Origin: the human T2T-CHM13v2.0 reference genome, Homo sapiens
DNA: 64,000 nucleotides
Direction: 5' to 3' (one strand)
Assembly (NCBI RefSeq): GCF_009914755.1
Contig: NC_060931.1
Within the stretch, counting starts at the first letter, position 1. Every line of letters starts with the position of its first letter. Below are positions 56,320 through 64,000 of the stretch, one piece after another. The notes beneath the pieces are model-generated. The model was not told the DNA's origin. It saw only the letters and a list, made by a program, of their open reading frames with translations, and searched no databases. A program made the position numbers and the translations under genes.

Positions 56320-56439
56320 TATTACCTCGTGTTCAAAGATATGATGATCAGAATATCCCTCCAAGAATTATCTGAACTTTATCATGAACTATAGTTGCAC
56401 CTAATTGAAGATGCAAGTGTTATTGTGTGTTTACTGTAG

Positions 56440-56613
56440 GGCCTTCATCCCAGAATAATCACTGAAGGATTTGAAGCTGTGAAGGAAAAGGCCCTTCATT
56501 TTTTGGAAGAAGTCAAAGTAAGCAGAGAGATGGACAAGGAAACACTTAAAGATGTGGCCAGGGCATCTCTTTGTACTAAAGTTCATGCTGAACTTGCAGA
56601 TGTCTTAACAGAG
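56440..56613 (+). pseudogene. CCT6A-derived exon 4 (174 nt, open)
   Basis: TGTAG| [58 protein letters not shown] |GTATGT. Confidence 0.95.
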
Positions 56614-57131
56614 GTATGTATTAAATTTTGTCTGTGTCTCGTATGGTACACCTGTATAGAAAATCTCTGATAGTAGAAACGTGAATATAATTACCAATTT
56701 CAATCACAAGGTGCTATGTAGCTTCATTTTTGTGGCAGTGATACCTAATCTGTGTCTCTAAAAAGTAAAATGAGGAAATTCAAATAATAGTATACCTAAC
56801 CGGGTTTTAAAAGTAAAATTGGAGCTTTCATTAAAAGGTTTATAAAGTGGAGATTTTGTTATTAGAAAGCGTCCAGTTATCAGTATTTTTAATGAAACAC
56901 CAGGAGGAATATTAATGTTAAGGAATGTTAATGTTTGGGAATTACAGATTGAGATTTCAGAAATGTAACAGCTGTTCATATATAATGTATTCTATCTGCT
57001 TATAGAAAAAGACTTATATCAGTGTAGAGATTGTAAAATGAAGAAACTGTCTACTTTAGCCTTCTGAAAAGCAACATGTTTCTGCTGCTGCAAATTGAAT
57101 TTACTTAATGGTTATCCTTCTCCTATTGCAG

Positions 57132-57237
57132 GCTGTAGTGGGCTCCATTTTGGCCATTAAAAGAAAAGATGAACCTATTGATCTCTTCATGATTTTGTGA
57201 TCATTGACAAGAAACATAAATCTGAAACTGATACGAG
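57132..57237 (+). pseudogene. CCT6A-derived exon 5 (106 nt; +2 frameshift giving TGA)
   Basis: AVVGSILAIKRKDEPIDLFMI then TTG TGA; the KHKSETDT tail resumes in a shifted frame; AG/GT sites intact. Confidence 0.92.
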
Positions 57238-57330
57238 GTAGGTGGTAGAAGACTATGAAATACTAACGGTGGGGCCTGGTGGCTCAGGCATGTAATCCCA
57301 GCACTTTGGGAAGCTGAGGTGGGTAGATCA

Positions 57331-57588
<258 letters not shown>

Positions 57589-58261
57589 TTAGGGGTGCTT
57601 TGTACAATATATATTGTTGGCAAAATTTTTAATATATTTGGATATAAAATGTTGTATATTTACCTGAAGGTATCAGTTGGATAAATTGCTCGGTGAAGAT
57701 ATAAGTTGGATAAATTGCTAGGTGAAGATTGTTTTTACTTTTAGTAATATTTTCTCCTGAAATAAGGTGAATGTTATGTTGTATTTATGGGTAGAATTAT
57801 TCCGAAAGGTGAACAACATCAGTCATTTGGCGTTTATTGAATTGCTAGGTACAAAGCATAATGAGAAGCAGTAGAGGAATTAAAAAAATTTTTTTTTCTA
57901 AAGACTTAGTTAGAAAACATGTATATGTTCATTTTTCCTTTCTTTTTATGGAGAATGGAGTCTCCTTATGTTGCATAGCCTGGTTTTGAATTCCTGGGAT
58001 TAAGGTGTCCTCTCACCTCTGCCTCCCCAAGTGCTGGCATTACAGGCACTTGGCAGAAAACATGTTTTTAAAAGATATCATCACAGTTTGACAGCCTATC
58101 AGGGAGACTATCTCTGCAGACTTTTCTGTACAGCATAGGATCTTCAAGTAATTCAAGAAACAACGCTGACTGCATGAAAATTATCAGTGCCTTCTCAGTT
58201 CGGTGTTTAACGTACACCCATCTGGAAATCAATAACCATAATTTTGTGTATGTTTGAACAG

Positions 58262-58372
58262 CTTAATCAGAGGGCTTGTTTTGGACCATGGAGCATAGCA
58301 TCTTGATAGGAAGAAAAGGGTGGAGGATGCATATATCCTCATTTGTAACGTGTCATTAGAATATGAAAAAAC
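58262..58372 (+). pseudogene. CCT6A-derived exon 6 (111 nt; in-frame TAG; donor destroyed)
   Basis: [35 protein letters not shown]; TAG at 58296-58298; followed by TTAAGT instead of GTAAGT. Confidence 0.92.
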
Positions 58373-58642
58373 TTAAGTTTATAGCCCCTTAACTTAAATG
58401 GAGGAGCTTCGTGTTTTAGGTGAGTTACTTTTTTGTGAAACTTCGTTTCCCACTGTAAGGACAATAATCCTCAAATTGGTTTGGGAGAGTTATAGGAAAC
58501 AGCCTCTGAAGATGTGCAAGGGGTAGGATTGGAGCTCAGTGAGCTGTTTGTTAAATCTTAGGACTAATCCAGTTTCAGAAGCTATTTTCTCAAAAAATAA
58601 ATGTTTCCCTGCTTTCTGTAACTTTTTTTTTTTTCTTAATAG

Positions 58643-58797
58643 AGAAGTGAATTCTGGCTTTTTTTACAAGAGTGCAGAAAGAGAAAAACTCATAAAAGCT
58701 GAAAGAAAATTCATTGAAGATAGAGTTAAAACAAATAATAGAACTGAAAAGGAAAGTCTGTGGTGATTCAGATAAAGGATTTGTTATTAATCAAAAG
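58643..58797 (+). pseudogene. CCT6A-derived exon 7 (155 nt; indels and frameshift)
   Basis: [29 protein letters not shown], then a +1 shift before [21 protein letters not shown]; TAG|...|GTGAGA. Confidence 0.92.
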
Positions 58798-58895
58798 GTG
58801 AGAATGAAAATCCAGTGTATAAACTAAATAGTATGTATCATCCTTTTTACTTTTAAGGTGAAAGATGTTGAAACTAATTTTTATTTTTGTTATAG

Positions 58896-58977
58896 GGAAT
58901 TGACCCCTTTTCCTTAGATGCTCTTTCAAAGAAGGCATAGTCGCTCTTCACAGAGCTAAAAGGAGGAATATGGAGAG
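58896..58977 (+). pseudogene. CCT6A-derived exon 8 (82 nt; -1 frameshift)
   Basis: GIDPFSLDALSK then a shift to EGIVALHRAKRRNME; TAG|...|GTATGA. Confidence 0.92.
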
Positions 58978-59847
58978 GTATGAGTAGCAGATTTATCCAA
59001 GTAATTTGACTTTTACTTATTTTGCAAATGAATTGGGATTATTTGTTTTTCCTTATACTTTATTTTTGGGTTTTCAACTGTACAATTAATTGGCATTAAC
59101 TATATTCGCGTTATTTTGCACCCATCAGCACTGTCCATCTCTAGGATTTTTTTTATCATCACAAACTGAAACTGTATACCCATTAAATAGTTACTCCCCA
59201 TTTCTCATTCCCTCTATGCCCTTGTAAACATTATTTTACTTTTTGTCTCTGAATTCAGTATACTTTCTCCCAAAGAGCTCACCACAATAAAAGTTTTTTT
59301 AAAAATATTATTTTATTATTTTTTTGAGACAGTCTTGCTCTGTTGTACAGTGGCATGATCGTGGTTCATTGCAACTTCTACTTCCTGGGTTCTTAGGATT
59401 CTTGTGCCTCAGCCTCCCGAGTAGCTAGGATTACGGGTGTCTGCCACCATGCCCGTTGAATGTTTCGTTTTCGTTTTGCTTTTTTGGTAGAGGTGGGGTT
59501 TTGCCATGTTGGCTAGGCTGGTCTCAAACTCCTGGCCTCAAGTGATCCACCCACCTCAGCCTCCCAAGGTGTTGGGATTACAGGCATGAGCCACCATGCC
59601 TGGCCAATAAAGAGCTCTTGTCCATCTTTAGATTTCATTTGCTGACTTGGGGAGAGTGGTTTAAATGGAGGGTTAAAAGACTGGTTTTCAGCTGGTTGAT
59701 GGCAAATGAAAAGGCTTAGGTTAAAGTACATTTTAAACTGTAATTTTGTGTGTAATTCTGAAAAATTCCTTCCTAGAAATTACTGGTCTTCTCTTTGAAC
59801 TTCACTGGTAACATTGCTTATTCATTTCCCTTAAAATGCTATTTCAG

Positions 59848-59944
59848 GCTGACTCTTGCTTGTGGTGGGGTGGCCCTGAATTCTTTTGAGGACCTAAGTC
59901 CTGACTGCTTGGGACATGCAGGACTTGTATATGAGTATACATTG
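59848..59944 (+). pseudogene. CCT6A-derived exon 9 (97 nt, open)
   Basis: TTTCAG| [32 protein letters not shown] |GTAAGT. Confidence 0.94.
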
Positions 59945-60532
59945 GTAAGTGTATTTTCTTCCTGAGGGTAATAGAACTTTTTAGCTCATGAATTATTTTT
60001 GTTTTGTTTGAGATGGGTTCTCACTCCTGCCCGGGCTGGAGTGCAGTGGTGTGATCACAGCTCACTGTAGCCTCCTCATCCTGGGCTCAAGTGATCCTCC
60101 TGCTTCAGGCTCCTGAGCAAATGGGACCACAGACATGTGCTACCATGCCTGGCTAAATTTTTTTTGTAATTTTTGTAGAAACAGGGTGGTATTGTGTTGC
60201 CCAGGCTGGTCTTAAACTCTCGGGCTCAGGCTGTCCTTCACCCTCAGCCTCCCAAAGTGCTGAGATTACAGGCAGGAGCCACTGTGCCTGGTTCATGAAG
60301 TCTTTAGCAGAAAAATCAATTGAAATTCAGGATCAGATTTTTGTTTATATACATTTTGAAGGTTTATGTGTAGTAATGGGAAGCCATTTATATGTGATTT
60401 TTCAAAAAGATAATTTGGTTTGATGTGATCAAGTTTGTTCCTTATTAATATGCTGCTTGTCATTCTCTGTAAGTCCCTCTTCTCTCTTTGCACACATCGT
60501 GTTTTTGAAAATCATGTTTCTTCTACACAAAG

Positions 60533-60671
60533 GGAGAAGTTCACCTTTATTGAGAAGTGTAACAACCCTCGTTCTATCACATTATTGATCAAAGGACCAA
60601 ATAAGCCCACACTTAGATCAAAGATGCAGTAAGGGATGGCTTGAGGGCTGTCAAAAATGCTGTTGATGATG
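60533..60671 (+). pseudogene. CCT6A-derived exon 10 (small deletions; altered acceptor region)
   Basis: [26 protein letters not shown]...[18 protein letters not shown] |GTAAGA. The 5' boundary is uncertain by a few nt (CACAAAG|GGAGAAG). Confidence 0.9.
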
Positions 60672-60724
60672 GTAAGATCCTCACCATATTTCAATTCTAT
60701 TAAATTGTTTTGCTGGTCTGAAAA

Positions 60725-60859
60725 GCATGGCTGAATACTGTGTTCTTTTATCAGTAGTTTACACAGCCAGACACCATGCAAAAGCAGTCTTCCCTTTAGA
60801 ATGACTGATGGTATGCTAAGGTTTTTCATAGCATATCATTATTAAAGGTGAATACAAAT
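60725..60859 (+). ncRNA. SNORA15B-1: H/ACA box snoRNA, SNORA15 (ACA15) family
   Basis: 135 nt GCATGGCTGAATACTGTG...GGTGAATACAAAT recognised as ACA15. The 5' hairpin is closed by GCATGG/CCATGC, H box AAAGCA at 60781-60786, ACA at 60854-60856, located in the intron between CCT6 exons 10 and 11. The suffix depends on the locus assignment. Confidence 0.93.
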
Positions 60860-61095
60860 AAATGAACTAATACTGATCTGCTGAAAGGCTGCCAGTGGCC
60901 AGTGAAGCCATTCTGGTTGGACCATTCTCCTATTTGATATGTTAGTCGCTTGTATTGTGGCTTTCACATGCAGTACTTAAATTGATGTGGTCATAGTGAA
61001 TTTGTAAGAAATTAATGGCTTTCATATGTATATTTTGTTATTCATAATTAGTTCTACAGTTTTCTTAGCATTTTTCTTTTTCCCCCATCCAACAG

Positions 61096-61229
61096 GCTGT
61101 GTGGTTCCGGGTGCTGGTGCTGTGGAAGTGGCAATGGCAGAAGCCCTGAATAAATATAAGCTCAGTGTAAAGGGCAAGGCACAGCTTGGAGTCCAAGCAT
61201 TTGCTGATGCGTTGCTCGTTATTCCCAAG
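61096..61229 (+). pseudogene. CCT6A-derived exon 11 (134 nt, open)
   Basis: AACAG| [44 protein letters not shown] |GTGTGT. Confidence 0.95.
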
Positions 61230-61737
61230 GTGTGTATGCCTTAAACAGTCAATCTTCCAAAAGATTCAGCTGATCAAACCCTTTTGATAATGTAGGCTTT
61301 ATTCATTCATAATACGGATTTTGGATAAACAGGATTGATCAGTTTTCTTCCTGACTCTAGAACATCCAAATGTATTTGGTTTCTCTGGGAGGCCTGAATA
61401 GCTGACGTTTCAGATGGCAAGAGAGAACCTGTAGCTTAATATTTGCAGTATTAGGGGTTATACTTGAGTACAAACTTGCTTTTTGTTTTGGTTTTAGCTA
61501 AACTGATATCATTGTTTTTTATTATATACTAATTTTGAAGTATAGCTTATGACTCGTGTATTGCTGCTGGGTTTGGGGTAGATGAGACAGTTGATCAGTA
61601 ACTTGTGTCTGGTTATTCTCTGAAGGGAACATAAATGTTCTGTCTTCATGCAATGAGATTCTTTTTTTGTTTTGTTTTGCTTTTAAGAATTTTGAGAGTT
61701 TTGCTCTTGTTGTCCAGGCTGGAGTGCAATGGTGTGA

Positions 61738-62148
<411 letters not shown>

Positions 62149-62337
62149 TAGTAGAGACAGGGTTTCACCGTGTTGGCCAGGATAGTCTCGATCTCTTGAC
62201 CTTGTGATCCACCCGCCTCGGCCTCTCAGAGTGCTGGGATTACAGGTGTGAGCCACTATGCCCAGCCTTTTTTTTTTTTTTTTTTTTTAAATATCAATTC
62301 TTCCTGTTTTCTCAGGAATTAAATTTGTTTACTTTAG

Positions 62338-62440
62338 GTTCTTGCTCAGAATTCTGGTTTTGACCTTCAGGAAACATTAGTTAAAATTTAAGCAGAACAT
62401 TCAGAATCAGGTCAGCTCGTGGGTGTGGACCTGAACACAG
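62338..62440 (+). pseudogene. CCT6A-derived exon 12 (103 nt; in-frame TAA)
   Basis: [33 protein letters not shown]; TAA at 62389-62391; TAG|...|GTAAGA. Confidence 0.94.
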
Positions 62441-62649
62441 GTAAGAGAATGCAACTGTTTGTAGAGGAAAAACTAGATGTAGTACATGTGAGTTGAAGCC
62501 AGGAAAGATTCAAAATGGGGACCAAAAAAAAAAATCTTTTGCTTTGCAATTTGACACCAGTACTATTAGGGAAGTCTGGGTTCTAAAATGGGATAAAATA
62601 GGATATTAATAAAAAATGGAATGACTAAGTATAATAATTAAGGGAGTAG

Positions 62650-62953
<304 letters not shown>

Positions 62954-63631
62954 TGAGATGGGGTTTCACCGTGTTAGCCAGGATGGTCTCGATCTCCTGA
63001 CCTCGTGATCTGCCCGCCTCAGCCTCCCAAAATGCTGGGATTACAGGCGTGAAGCACCGCACCCGGCCACCTTACTCAGTTTTTAATCAAGTACTATGAT
63101 AAGAAAATAGATTGGGTGATTATATTCATGGGTGAAAAACAGCTAAAGATAGCAAATAATGCCAGAAGAGGGGATCTAGAAATCTAATGAAATGGTGACA
63201 GCCCTGATCTTAGGCCCCTGTAACAAAACAACACAAATTAAGTACAAAGTAGGAGACAGATAACAGGTACATCCATGCAGTATGTGCAAGACCTATTGCT
63301 GTCAACATTATTATTTAATAAAAAAGATTTCTGGAATGAGGGAAATGATCAGTCCATTTTAGCCAGATTAGAGTTGCAGTGCTGTACTTTAGTATGGGTA
63401 AACAGAAATGTATCCAGAAGGAGAGAGGGGTGTTCAGGTCTTCTAAGTAGAAGTCAGACACTCCTCAAATATTGTGGACAGGGGTCATGGTTTAGAGTAG
63501 AAAATTGGGCTAACAGAGAAGCTTTGAATTCCCATAGTTAATACTGGAGGAAATGAGTCATCGGTGATAAGCAAAGCCACACACAATATTGTTGGTTCTT
63601 ATTGACTGAACTTACTTTGGTTGCCTTTTAG

Positions 63632-63705
63632 GTGAGCCCGTGGTAGCAGCAGAAGCAGGCATTATGGGATAACGATTGTGTAAAGAAACAGCTTCTTCAT
63701 TCCTG
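63632..63705 (+). pseudogene. CCT6A-derived exon 13 (74 nt; +1 frameshift)
   Basis: EPVVAAEAG then a shift to WDNDCVKKQLLHS; TAG|...|GTAAGT. Confidence 0.92.
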
Positions 63706-63965
63706 GTAAGTTTGGGAAAATGAAAACTAAACTGTTAGAGAATCATCATACTCTTCATTTGGTGTTTTCTGTTTAGTTGCTCATTTTCCCCCATGAATAA
63801 TGTAATCAGCTGAAAGTATGGAAACTGAACTAGCCCTCTGATGTGTAGAGGGGAAGGGGGAAATTTAATTGGATGTTAACGTGTGCAGCTTAGTTGGAAG
63901 TGGGAAGTTGAGTCGAATTAGGGCTCCTAATCATCTGAGCTATCTAATTTTTATCCCCCTTTCAG

Positions 63966-64000
63966 CACTGGTTGCCACCAACATTCTCTTGGTTGATGAG
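63966..64000 (+). pseudogene. CCT6A-derived exon 14 (start only, cut by the window end)
   Basis: TTTCAG|CACTG GTT GCC ACC AAC ATT CTC TTG GTT GAT GAG = VATNILLVDE, with a small deletion at the start. Confidence 0.9.

Overview
Primate, very probably human, genomic DNA that is extremely Alu-dense and contains no intact protein-coding gene. The main structure is a chimeric, segmental-duplication-derived transcription unit on the + strand. A CpG-island promoter and an open-frame copy of VKORC1L1 exon 1 (28556-28749) are followed by a ~26.4 kb intron. After it come exons 3-14 of an unprocessed, multiply disabled CCT6A (TCP-1 zeta chaperonin) pseudogene (55186 to the window end); CCT6A exons 1-2 and VKORC1L1 exons 2-3 were not found. 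Two intact-looking H/ACA snoRNAs (SNORA22 family at 56186-56319, SNORA15 family at 60725-60859) remain in their ancestral CCT6A introns. The layout best fits the 7q11.21 CCT6P3 locus (paralog name from recall, not verified). The unit looks like a snoRNA host driven by a captured promoter. Also present: a full-length SVA, a U6 retrocopy with TSDs, MaLR/ERV LTRs, L1/L2/MIR/Tigger relics, an unexplained ~120 bp near-perfect hairpin in the first intron, and several small duplication or fold-back scars. Repeat family names come from recognising consensus sequence by eye, and their boundaries are approximate.
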